Assembly: GCA_000182565.2 (NCBI GenBank)
Contig: KQ257456.1
Origin: Spizellomyces punctatus DAOM BR117
Lineage: Eukaryota
DNA: 64,000 nt
Direction: 5' to 3' (one strand)
The position numbers and the translations under genes were made by a program. This document shows, one piece after another, positions 51,037-63,655 of this stretch (its first letter is position 1; every line of letters begins with the position of its first letter). Under the pieces are notes generated by a model. That model saw only the letters and a list, made by a program, of their open reading frames with translations, had not been told where the DNA came from and made no database searches.

Positions 51037-54000
51037 ATGCTAGCGAATACGGACAGTCAGGAAGGTGCCAAATCCGTAGAATCAGTCCAACACCTCCAAG
51101 AACAGCCAAGAGAAAAAGAATCATCTCGATCACCGTCAAATCCGTCCGGCTTCCCCGCATTCTCTCTCCCGGCAGCTACCTCATCAATTCCAACGTGCAG
51201 CGTTACTCCATCAGAAACTTCCCTGTCAACATCAAATGACGGTATAACTTCGTTCGAAGACACGTTCAGTCAGTTTGTAGACTCCATGGCACCCCACCAA
51301 GGACCGGAAGACAGCGTGGAAGGGCATTCTGGTCACCTCGAAAACTCCGACCTTCCTGAAGTATTGAATATCAATCATATGGACTGGGAAGGTCAAGGGC
51401 TTCAGGATATTTTTGGTATGTAACTGGTCCAGAATCTGAGCTGCTAGCAATAAGTTTGCTACACTTCACCACGCACTGTACTTATCGGCGTTCACTGTCC
51501 ATAGATCCTAATACCCTTCAGGCACCGGTTGACGGGGCAAACTCTTTGCGGCTGATGAATGATGTAGATTCTGGTTCGTCAAGAAGCATAGGTGATTTTA
51601 CTTCACAACCTACCGATTCTGGCCAGAGTTTATCCTGGCCGACCGAACATGCTCTGTTGGACGAAATGTCAGGTATGCTACCACAATCGGGTTGCCACAG
51701 TTCTCATTGGGCCGCCCTTTGCGACGTGTAAACGATGGAGTACATACTGAATTTAATCCTTTTTTCTTCAGGATGCGAAGCCACTGACGCCTTTCCTCTG
51801 CAATCGTCTTTCGACGATTTCACCTTGTCCGGCTCATTACAACAGGAAAAGACCGGTGGTTCGGTTAATCAAGATACTAGTGCTTTTACTGCTGACACAA
51901 ATGATGGGATGGGTAGTACTGCACCTGCCCACGAGATCGCACAGGACGATAGAGATGCTATGAGCGAGACGACCAACGGCGAAGTACTTATGTCCGCAGT
52001 AGAATCTTTTGCAAATAGTGCCGATGCTGCCGCAGACCGTCCTGTACCGCATGTGTCAGATGCTGATATGATTTCTAATGCCCCAACTGGTTTGTCGTCA
52101 AAGGCGCCGGCTTCTCAAGCCAATTCCACGCCCAGTACTCCAACAGTAGAAAGGCGTGTTACACGAGGAAAGGCTCCTGTAAATTATAAAGCACTATTGG
52201 ATGGCCCTTCCATTACAAGCAAGCTCATACCACCAAAGAAACCGACGCATAATCAAGAAGGTGAAAGAGTTTATTGTATGTGTAGAGAACCAGATTATGG
52301 CAAATTCATGATTCAATGTGACAACTGCGAGGAGTGGTAAGTCGTAATTTGCAGAATCCCAATCTGTACTCTGAGTATTCACTCCATACCTTTGTAGGTT
52401 CCATGGAAAGTGCGTCGGTTTGACCAAGAAAGCTGGAGAAAAGCTGACAACGTATCACTGTCCGCTCTGTCAAGAATTGCTCGGCTCTGCCAATGCTTCT
52501 CGTAAGTACAACGTTTTTATTCTTTGGTGCAGTTTTCTTTTCTTTCTCGGGTTTGGAGAATGTGTGGGGCGGCCTATAGTAATGGAAGGAGGGACGCGGC
52601 TGGGTTTATGGTTCTACGTTTTCTTCAAGACATATACAAAACGAGTCTGCTGCATCAGATATGTTCATGTCGTTTGGCACTGGAACACACATGAGCAATC
52701 CGGACCAGGATGTTGCGACAGCACTAGTGACATCTTTAGGAAATCCCGTAGACCTGCATTCCGCCGTGTTTTGCTGCGAGTTTGTATCCCTCCATACCTA
52801 TGAACGTGTATAACTCAGACTTCCCTGTCCTGGCTTTACCATAACAGAAACCAATGTCCAGTCCACGACAGCGCAGGCGATGAGTCCCAATGCTAGAGGG
52901 GGACGTCGGTCATCCGTTCTAGCTGTTATCCCTCGTCATAACCAAACCCACGCAATGCCAAGTAGCGTGAGCCATCAAAATAGCGCAAGTTCCGGAGTTC
53001 GATCAGCGACTGCTTCATCAACGCCAGCACGAAGAAAAGAACGATCTGTCGACGTGGATCGATTTTATCGTAGTAACGTCCGTACTCTTGACACAGTTAT
53101 TTCCAAATTGCAGCAACCCACTTACCTTGTTTGCTGTGCACAGGCGTCCCCAGTTACTCAATCCATCAAGTGTTCATTTGGCCCGTGTACGAAGGCTCCT
53201 ATACCAAACGCACATTTCTGCAGCGCAGATTGTGCAAGAAGTTTCGCTGGAACGGCCCCACCTCTGACGTGCTTAAATGTCGCATGCACCAATTCTTCTC
53301 AAAAGGGGTCAAGGTTCTGTGGGCAGGATTGCGAGAAACTCTATGCAGAACAGCAGGAAAGATTGATGATTGCGTCACGACAAGCTGCTGCTACGGCAGC
53401 AGAGAAGACCAGTCCAAAACCACCGCCTACACCGGCATGGATGAATGATCCAGTTCGGAAAATGGCACGGAAAAACTTTGAAGAAACCCTTAGCACGATT
53501 TTTACCGAGGCAAGGGAGCATCCAGAAGTTTATGGTGGCCTGCTTGATGAAAAGATTGACTTGGAGGATCCTAAAGCGTTTGCTGCCCAGTTGGAGACTG
53601 AGCTCTTTGATGCTTTAGCAACGCCTATTAAGGGAGATCCCAAAGGAACGTTAGAATGCGGTGCACCGGTAAGTCTTCGATTTCGAACAATAGTTATGTC
53701 TTCGGAAAACTTACCCCATATACCAGTATAAGAGCAAATACCGTTCTCTGCAATTCAATTTAAAAGATCAGCGTAATCTCCGTTTACGTCGAAGAGTTCT
53801 TTGCGGGGACGTCACCTTACACGAACTTGTTCGTCTTCCGCCGGAGGACCTGGGCAACGATGAGGTTAAAGCCGCTGCCGAGGAAATCCGCAGACGATCG
53901 CTACGAGATGCTCTCAGGGTAAACACAGATCAAATAAGCTATGTCAAAAAGACGCATAAAGGCGAGATCGAAGTTGTACGTCCTGTTGTACAAGGACCTG

Positions 54001-55667
54001 CCGGAGGTTCCATGAATTTAAGTACAGCCTCCATCGCACCAAAGTTAACAACGGATGAAGATACTCAGGTGGAAAAACCGTCACGCAGTGAGAGCCCACT
54101 GGTGGAGCAAAAGTCACCGGGATCCATCGAACATCTCGGCGACGTACAAAGCACCGAAGCAATGGATGTGTCCCGCGTGGAAGCAACGAGCACTGCTGAA
54201 AAGCGTAGCGGAAGTAACCAGCCGGAGGATGAGGAACGTGTGTCCAAGAAATTGAAGACTGGGGCCAAAGATGTTGTACCTGAAGATGAAAGCCCCAATG
54301 CGACACCCCCTGAGACGCCAAAGGCCGATGAGTACGATCCTTATGAACCGTATTATCCGGATTCCGACAATGATCCACCTCGCGAAGAGCTGGTCTTGGA
54401 GGGCGACGCAGCGGGTGAGGACTACGAGTACGATCCGGAAACGGCCGATTCAATGGAATTAGACATGCCCTTTGTTGGGTCTCCGCAACCTGATGTGGAT
54501 CCGGATGCCACTGTTTGGCGCGGAAGAGTGCACATGCCACAGATTGGGAAATTTACAGGCACCTGCAAGCAAGTGTGTGGTCGGACTATCGGGGATGTGA
54601 AGACATGGGAAGACATCTTACCTGCAACAATCTCGATCGACGGACGTGTTGCAGTGGGCATGGTCGAAAAGTATTTACGAGAGCAGCGGTACAGTGGTGG
54701 AAAACAAGTGGTGGCGGTCGAATTTCGAGCGGGCGAAGATGAACCTTCATTAGCATCCCCAGACGATCAAAACGGATTTGGTGCTCTTTTTGACTACTTC
54801 CAGTCACGAAGCCGTCTTGCAGTTGTTGGACACCATTATGTCAGTATCAAAGATATGTATATTGTACCAATAGGGCGGAATGACTCTATTCCTGGCTTCA
54901 TCCAGGAATTGGACGATTGCAGAGTAGAGCCAACTCCCAGGGATCGAGACATTCTCCTTGGAGTGATCATTCTGGCCAAAGGCTTCACTGGATCCGGCTC
55001 ATCGAAGAGTAGCTCTGATTCTGCCGGACACGCTTTTAATGGAGCAAGGAAGAAGAGCGAAGAAACAAATTTAGAAAAGGTCCGACCACCAGAAATAATA
55101 TCCTCGATTCCCGCTACGACGTCGATGCCAGCGATACTTCCGGCGGTGCAGCCCCTACTGGTGCCATCAGTCACTCCGTTAAACAAGCCAAGCTTGCTAG
55201 ACACCTTGGCTCCACTCCCGAGTGGGCCAAGCACGACAGCGAACCCACCTCCATTGGCAGGCACCCAACCGCCAATGCAGCTATCACACGGCGTGGACAC
55301 GACTTCCCTTCTAACAACCCTTCTTTCCAATCCAAACAACCTTGGTCTTGTCACCAACTTGTTATCACAGCTGACACAGCCAGGTACCAATTTACCCATG
55401 GGCAATCTCAATGTTGGTAATCTTTTGGGGGCGCTGAACGGTGGTCTAGGAGGTGTACCTCCACCCACCAGCTCGCAACAGCAAACGCAACACGCCGGAC
55501 TTGGGGGATTACTAGGGTCTCTGGGGGGAGGATTAGGAGGATTTGGAATGCCACAGCAGCAGCCTAGTATTCCAGGACAACCAGCTTTGAACATTTTTGG
55601 ACAAGGAGAGGAGCAAAGTCGGCTTGGGGGAAGGAATGGTAGACAATCACGATGGGATCGAAGATGA
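51037..55667 (+). CDS. BYE1: PHD, TFIIS-central and SPOC domain protein (Bye1/DIDO1/PHF3 family)
   Basis: VYCMCREP..FMIQCDNCEEW|FHGKCV; YKSKYRSLQFNLKD; KKTHKGE; SPOC VWRGRVHM...IKDMYIVP. Confidence 0.9.
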
Positions 55668-56101
55668 TGAATTTTTCTGTTTTGGGCATGATGATCGTTG
55701 TTAATTGTAATATTGTTGTAGGAAAGTTTTTGTGTTGTCTCTGCTAATACTTGTTTGTAAATATGCGATATATAATATCTTTTTTTTGAATTCTAAAGTT
55801 AAAATCAGTTGTAGGATCAAAACGTATTGAAAAATGATTTAAAGTACACGTAAGTGATATTTCCAAGCCTCGCGTAGCTTTGACGTCAGGAAGGGTCGCT
55901 CTGACAAAACACAGTTGAAAGCTGCTTTTACAAACCCACTCTTGCTTGGCTTTTGTTTTTGAATTTGTTTGATATCTCATCTCACCTACGAAAGAAGCAT
56001 CAATTTCATTTTCTGGTACAAACACTGGTGAATTAATACTGTTTACATGGTGAGGAAAGATACTCACCTCCTTTGGTTTCGGTTTGTAGAGAAATTTCAC
56101 G

Positions 56102-57905
56102 ATGAACGAATTACCGTTCCGCCACGTCGCCATTGTCGTCTTTGGAGCATCCGGCGATCTTGCCAAGAAAATGACCTACCCGGCCTTGTTTTCTCTCATG
56201 GCCAATAACATGCTCCCAAAGGATCGTACACATTTCATTGGCGCTGCAAGGTCAAAGTATAAAATGGAGGACTTTCATAAAAAGATTTCATCTGGAATTA
56301 AGGTGAGGTCTTTATAGGTCGATTGCTGGCATATGCTTGACAGTATCGCTAATCTTTCTCAACCAGCAGAGCTCTGACCAACAGGTCCTCTCCAAGTTCT
56401 TGGAGAAATGTCCCTATATCTCCCTCTCGGCTTATGACGATGGACCCTCTTACCAGCGTCTCGATTCAGAGATTGCAAAGCTTGAATCCCAGTCAACTGG
56501 GAGCGGCAAGAATCTGCGAGTTTACTATATTGCGCTTCCCCCTTCAGTCTTTGGGGATGTTTCTGAAAACTTGCGCAAATATGCCTGGCATAAGGAAGGT
56601 ATCAATCGAATCATTGTAGAGAAGCCTTATGGAAAGGATTATCAAAGTGCCAAGGTGCTCTCCAACAAATTGGCAAGCTTGTTCACAGAAGAGGAGGTGT
56701 ATATCCTTGTTACCGTCCGAGACGCGTACATGAATTTTTTAAATTAACTCTGTCGTCTGCATAGGTTTTCCGGATAGATCACTATCTTGGCAAAGACAGC
56801 GTGAAAAGCGTTTTACCGCTACGATTCGGTGCCAACCCGTTTCTTTCCTCTACCTGGTCCCGCGAGCACGTTCAATATGTGACAGTAAACTTTAAAGAAG
56901 CATTTGGTGCTGAAGGTCGCGGGGGTTACTTTGACGAGTTTGGAATTATCCGCGATGTCATGCAGAATCATTTGATGCAGTGGATTATATTGGCGGGGAT
57001 GGAAAGACCAAATAGCTTGAGCGTCAAAGATATTCACCAAGCCAAAGTATGGTTTTTTACTTATTTTCGTGCTCCAGATGAACATCATGATATTCAAGTT
57101 CTTTTCTTCTTAACAGCTCAAATTCATTAACGATTGTCGGCCCGTCCGCCCGTCGGATGTGATTATCGGCCAATACACCGCTTCTTCAAAGGATCCCAAT
57201 AAAAAGGCCTACAAGGACGATGAAACGGTCAAAAAGGATTCAAAAGCATCGACGTTTGCCACGGCAGTCTTATATATTGATAACGACAGGTGGAGGGATG
57301 TCCCCTTCGTGATCCGTTGCGGGAAAGGTACTGATCTCTGTTGACCCATCGAGACATGAGACAGATGCTAATTGGCTGTTCTCTGCTCAGCGCTGGATGA
57401 GACTCGTGCCGAACTCACTCTACACTACAAAACCCCACCGGATTCTCTGTTTCCTAGCGAGTCTGGACGCACTGGAACAACGTTTACCATTCGAGATCAT
57501 CCAGAGAAATCTCACGTTCTTACTGCCACAACTAAGAAACCAGGACGAGGATTCACAGTTCTGAATGCTCCTTTATCGATTGACTTTAGCAATCCAAAAT
57601 ATACCGATTCGTACGTCCCAACCGCTTACGAGGTTCTTATTTACGATGCTGTTCGAGGCGATCATACCTGGTTTGTTCCTCGCGAGGAAGCAGAGGAGGC
57701 GTGGCGGGTATGGGACGATGCGATCAAAAATAGTGAGAGCCGCAATCCTCTCAAATATGAGTATGGGAGTGAGGGGCCGAAAGAGGAGAAAGATTTGTTG
57801 AAACAGTTGGGAGTTGAGTTTGAGACCGGTGAAGGACGTACTGTAGACGTAGCAAAAGTTATCGGAGACGGCGGAAGAGTTCAGACCTTTGCAAAGGAGC
57901 CGTAG
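56102..57905 (+). CDS. ZWF1: Glucose-6-phosphate 1-dehydrogenase (divergent)
   Basis: GASGDLAKK, IIVEKPYG, RIDHYLGK, EGRGGYFDEFGIIRDVMQNHL; five exons. Confidence 0.93.
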
Positions 57906-58230
57906 CGCTCCATGTGATCGGCGGCACATTGTACATACATTCCTTTGTTTTCATTGCTATCAATAGGATCTTGCCAATGGATATTGCTTATTACACATAT
58001 TGGAATATCAGCCGCCAATGTGCTGAACTTGAAAAAGAGACGAGCGATCGGCATTGATGGGTCTCTCAAAGAACGTAGCATCAAACTTCATCACTGGAGC
58101 CCGATCTGTCTCTCTGCTTCCTTTTTCAATAAGCGAGCGGCTTTGCGTGAACCGCAGAACTGAAAAGCAAAACAGGATCACCTTCCCAAAACTAAGACGG
58201 AATCAGAAAGAGAACTTTCACAAACGTGGA

Positions 58231-58301
58231 TGCATTGGCCGAGAATCGAACTCGGGTCTACCGCGTGGCAGGCGGTAATTATGCCACTAAACCACCAATG
58301 C
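58231..58301 (-). tRNA. tRNA-Gly (GCC), intronless
   Basis: GCATTGG..CCAATGCA acceptor stem; anticodon arm ACCGC-CTGCCAC-GCGGT; T-loop GTTCGATT. Confidence 0.97.
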
Positions 58302-59741
58302 TGCTAAAATATAGAAAGACCATATAAACTCTAATGGAAAGACAACGAGAGTCCCTGAGCTTTCTGACTTGGATCCGTTTTTTCCAGGATAGCTTTTACG
58401 GGGCTTCCCCCAACCCTGTAAGCGCGCGGCGGCTTCAACCTCCCTTCAGGGATGTCCTGGGATCTAAATGATGATAAGACACACGGTCAACATCGCTCTG
58501 CGGGTGCAGAAAAGGCGATCTCGCGATTTGTCTTCTTTATAGAACTTGAACTGCCTTTAGTCGTAGGAAAGTGGAAAAATCTTGAATGATGGAAGCGGGC
58601 GTCATTGCAAACGTGTTCATCGTTTTAGGAGTATTAGGTACTATGATCTTTACCTGCGTGCATTCTTTCACGCGCAAGCAGTTTGGTTAGAAAGGAACAC
58701 ATCATGGGATCAACAGTAGGCAAGCGCTTTTGGAATATTAGCCTAAACCTAAGCGGAATCGACGCCCAATAGGCAACGCAACGCCTTGATACCAATATTA
58801 AGTTTCATGCTTCTTTCAAGGCGGGATACATGCCGCCCTCCTTTTCACTTTTGGGCGACGGGGTTGCAAAAAGGGGCCGTTGAATGACCGTCGATTGGGG
58901 CGATCAGCAAACCTCCCTTTACCGCTGATGAAAAGCGGGTCCGAGTCTTTCCGTCTCTTGTTTCAAGAAAATGACATACCTGATGTTCATATGCGAACCA
59001 CAACGGTGCAGACACGCAGCATTTAAAGAAAGACATTGCAAACGTGAGGATGGTAAATGCATGGGGATTTATCAAAGAAGATGCGCATGTTTTTTGGCCC
59101 CAAATCAGTAAAGCCACTGCCGATGACGATTTCAAAAGGACGACACTCAAAACAAGCCCTGCCCGAAGGCAGGTGACCCTTTTCAACTCGACGCTAATTG
59201 GGGGGTTTCTGTGATTCAAGACCGCACGATGGCGTTGGAATTTGGCATCGAAAGCCCTGACCGAAGGGGCTCTTTTATAGAACCCTTCAACTCCACGCCC
59301 TTTCAAGTCATTGGATTCAGAAACGGTCAATCTCGCTTTGCAAGATACGAGGTCTCGGTTTTGTTGGATCCTCGCTACGGAAAATCATCCCTGTCCACGG
59401 TAAAGCAGATCTCAAACCCCCGTCCTCATCTGCAAGCCATGCATCAACTGCTGGCTGCATCGTTGGCAGCAATTGCAAAGCCAAGACAAAAGAAAAAAAG
59501 AAAAAAAAGACAATAATAAATGCAAGGGGTCCAGGGTTGAATTCAGTCTACTAATAAGTTAAAAGCAAAAGAAAACGGAAACTGCCGACGACTACTTTCA
59601 TATCCCCGGCTTGTCTAAATCCATGTCCTCGTTCATTTAACTCCTACCGTATCCTTTGCCACTTTTGAACTTCTTAACCTTTTAGTTCTTTGCCACAAAC
59701 ATCTCGTCGTTTTTGCTTCGTGCAAAAATCCGCTATAAGCA

Positions 59742-61254
59742 ATGTTGGGGCAGCTCCACAATACACGGCTCGACGTCAACCTTCTCTGTGACTGTCTGGA
59801 TGGCGCCCAGCCTACCCCATTGTCCAAGCTGCATCGGCATACACACGCTTACGATGACATCTTGGCTGTGTCGCCCTACGCCCATTTGGTCAGCGACGGC
59901 CACTTTTTAGATCCGGGTCACGTCGCCATGGAATACGGTTCAATGCCTTGTTTGCCGGACTATGCTTTACGGTACCAATCTACAGGCGGGCTCCACGCCC
60001 TGTCCCCCGCAATTGCGCATGGCGGTCATTGCAACCACCTCGACTGCCGCCAACGAACGCCTCCGAATAGCTCGAATGTGGCGTGCTCCTTTGCGCCAGA
60101 AAGCATGTCCTCATCTCCTTTCCACCAACTTCGGTCCTTTTCGTCCCCGGACCAAGAGAATGCTCGTCTGGCGATGACATTTTCCGGTTCTTCTGAGACG
60201 CAGACCAACGTGGGCGCCTTTTTTCCAACTCTTGACCCACTCTTTAGCAGTACGGTTGATGGCTCTGTGTCAGATGGAGGTTACCACTGCCTCGACGGCG
60301 CTTTTGTTTCCCCTCCATCTCTGAGCCCCGATCCGTCACTGTTGCCGCTTCCATTTAGTACCTTTCCCAGAGTAGTTCATGTACCGAATGATTTGGATTC
60401 ATCTTCGGGTATGTTCTCCCTCGGCGAGTCTCCACGCGATAACCAATCATCGTTTCCCTACCCATCGAGCTGTAGTCAGCCATCGCAATCGGGACATGAT
60501 GAGAATCCTTGGCTCTCTCCGGTCACAGCCGGGCTCGCTACTGCTCCCGACGAAGCTGGCATCAGTTTGCCTTTGGCATCCGTCTCGCCTCCCATAACCC
60601 CTGCCACTGTTTCGCCATCGTTGATTAGACGTCCAAACCACGCATCACGTTCACCCAAGGAATGTCGCTCTCCCTTGCAGAATTTTCCAGAGATGGTGTC
60701 GCCAGTCCAGAATCTCAAACTCGGTCGAAGGCGACGAAGAGTAACTCCCTCATCACCACAGACCGATGTGGAAGAAGTCAAAGGATTCCCATGCCCTCAC
60801 TGCCCTGCCGTATTTACACAGCGCTCGCAGCTGAGAAATCATTCCTCGGCACATTCTGGAAAGCCCTGGGAATGCTCGTATTGTCCCCAGCGATTCAGCA
60901 GAAAGTGAGTAATTCCTGATGCGGTGTCACCTGGTTCTTCGGGCACCAGAACCGCGCGACTGACATCCAATGGCGATGCTCCTTTTAAGATACGAGAAAG
61001 TCCGCCATGAGAGGTCAAAGCACCTTCATATCAAGCCGTACGCGTGCGACATCTGCAACAAGCGCTTCAGCAGGACTGATGCTCTGGCCAGGTGTGTACT
61101 TTTTGATGCAATCGTATCGAGTGAGGATGGTTTACCAAACTCTTCTTTCGACGGTTTCAGACACATGCTCGTTGAACAACGAGCTGTAATCAAGCGCGGT
61201 GGCTCGGATGAAGACGACGAAGCCGTATTTTCCAAAGAGGATTCGGATGGTTAA
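59742..61254 (+). CDS. C2H2 zinc-finger transcription factor (3 fingers)
   Basis: CPHC..HSSAH, CSYC..FSRK|YEKVRHERSKH, CDIC..FSRTDALAR|H; S/P-rich N-terminus. Confidence 0.9.
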
Positions 61255-62302
61255 TCAGTTTAGACTTTTCTTGGAGAGAACTTGCGCTTCAAAGCGTTTG
61301 TTTAGATTGGCAGGATTACACGTGTAAATTATAGAATGCATCCTTTAAGCACGACCCAATCATCCAGATATAGGTTTGCCTGAACAATGTCATCGCCAAA
61401 AGTCTTTGCATCTCGATCCTCCCGAGATTCTCAGTCATATGTCCTGGTGTCCTTCGTTGCAAATGCATTGTGTCATTTCTGGGTCGTCATGTTGACTGCT
61501 CTCCAGATCTGCCAACTTTTGACGATTAGGCCCTTAAGGGCATCTTGTTCGTGATTTCCATGCTCCTTTGGGCGTAAGATCACGCTAGAATGCTACTGCT
61601 GGCATCTTCGATTATCCGGCATGATGCATTTTGTGTTGTGCCGAGCCTTCTTGGGAGGTTTCCGTTGGTCTGCTGCTGCTGCAAAATAAAACCAACTCAT
61701 CGTCCTTTCCAGCAACGTCCAGTCTCCAGAAGCCTATCCGACGTTGTCCCATCTCGCTTGTCCAGACCCGTGGGAAAATGATAAACAAATGATTCCACCA
61801 TGGACGCGTTTACATAATCTTGACTCGCGCGCCATGCGAGGGGAACGAACGCACGCCAGGAGGTCTGCCAGGAGGTGGAAACGACGACGATGATTGGGCC
61901 TTCATGGCGTGCTCAGAAGAATGACGTACGCAGATAGGAATCTTCCGCCGAGAATTTCCGATTGCAAAAAAAAGCGCAGTCCCCAGGGTTATAAAAAGGC
62001 GACGTTTCTCGCCTCCCCCCTTCTCTTTACTCGTCTTCTCCACTTGTCTTCTTTGGTTGAAAAGGACTGACTGTCGCGATGGCGGAGCGGCGGCCACAAC
62101 TCACCGCGGTGGGGGTGTCTCTTGGCTCCGGCCGGAGGAGGGCCTTGAAAAAAGAAAAAGAGCTTGTCTCTTACAAAAAAAGGATGAAATAAAGGATGAA
62201 ACTTGACAATCATTGATGCTTTGGCACTTGGTTTATTACGCAAAGCCGACGCTCGTTTCTTGATGAGATTTCAAATGCCTGGTGATCCAGATATTCTGGG
62301 CT

Positions 62303-63448
62303 TTAAACACTCTACAGTCATAGAGTCAGTGCACATGGTGGCCAAGATGGGCAGCTAATGCTGTACTGACCGACTTTGCCATAACTCGTATCCAGTCATC
62401 CGGCCCAATTTCACCGTCTCCATCGTTGTCGCATTCTGCTAGCATCATTTGCAATTCTTCGTCTGTGAGATCCTCCCCCAGATCTTTTGCGACACGCTTG
62501 ATATGCCAAATGTTTACACCATGTAATTGTCAACTCCCATAGATATATTGCCACTCACTTTTAGTTCCCGTAACCCGACTCTGCCTCTGGCGTCAGTGTC
62601 GAAAATTCGGAAAGCTTCAAGAATGTTTTCACGACTATCTTTTTCGGCCTGATTGGGTAGAATCAACTGAGCCCGTGAAACTTCTCAATCCACACGAAAC
62701 GGTTTTCACATTATGCTTTCTTACCAGCTTTATGGCCATCAATTGCAGAAACTCTTCCAAATTCAGGGTAGGAGAGCCGTCTACATCGAAGAGAGCAACC
62801 AACCTTTCCACTTCTCCTGGCGCAGGGTGGAACCCGAGGGCACGCATTAGGATTTTAAGTTCTTTCACGTCAATTGTACCCGAGCCGTCCGTATCAAACA
62901 AATTGAACACCTCTCGTATCTCTATTGTGTTATAGATTGTTAGCTTGTTGATTGATGATGCTCCCATATCTGCCAAGGAAGGGATAGGTGACCTTGCTTT
63001 TGAGCTGGCGATAGATCTACGCGTTTCCTCGTGGAGGTCGTAGGCATGATGCTTTTCCTCCTCTCATAGATCTTGGATGTTACAGGCTTGTGTTGAAGAA
63101 CATTTTCCTGTATGTCATTGACCACATCCTCTGATTCATCATCTTCTCGATCTTCCCCTCCCTCATTGAAGGCAAAGGAGACAGTCTTTTCCCTTGCCCC
63201 GACATTTTGCTCGGGACCGGTCACAGGAGGGGCTAATGGAGGTCCTGTGCTTAGGCGTGGAGCACCAGCTAGACCCACCGAAGGTCTCCGCTGTGTCACT
63301 GACAGCCGACGGGGGATACTAAAGCTTCCTCTTCTGGATGATGACAGCAAGTCGGACGGCGCAACCTATGTTGAATGAATCAGTTCCAGAGATGCAGAAG
63401 ATAAAGAGGAATGTAATGCACCTCTTCGCCGTTCATTCTCGACGGCAT
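62303..63448 (-). CDS. Centrin-like EF-hand protein with long N-terminal extension
   Basis: [56 protein letters not shown]; the exact stop is uncertain. Confidence 0.85.
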
Positions 63449-63655
63449 GTATGGTTGTGTGGAAGTCGGATCGTACCGCTGTGATGGGTTGGATTTTCAT
63501 GAGCGGTGGAGCTTACTATATCAGCTCACGTAAGCACGTTAGGGTTCCTTGATCCTGCAATCGGATGCTCCGTTGTTTGTTTTCAGGCCATGACCTGCCC
63601 AAAATTGTATCATGTCCGAGCCAGAGTAATTGATATGTAGCTCTGATGGGTGACA

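Noticed and set aside
56697-56763. ATATCCTT near the G6PD intron donor as an AT-AC intron
   Set aside because: A GT-AG intron restores EEE|VFRIDHY, and there is no U12 branch site or AC acceptor in frame.
57903-57917. Stop-codon readthrough creating a cryptic PTS1 on G6PD
   Set aside because: The extension would end in RSM, which is not a PTS1, and the context is not TGA-CTA.
62056-62150. Identification of unit B as U11 snRNA (AAAAGG..CTGTCG.GA.TGGC resembles the U11 5' end)
   Set aside because: No Sm site and no stem-loop III AUCAAGA loop on this strand.
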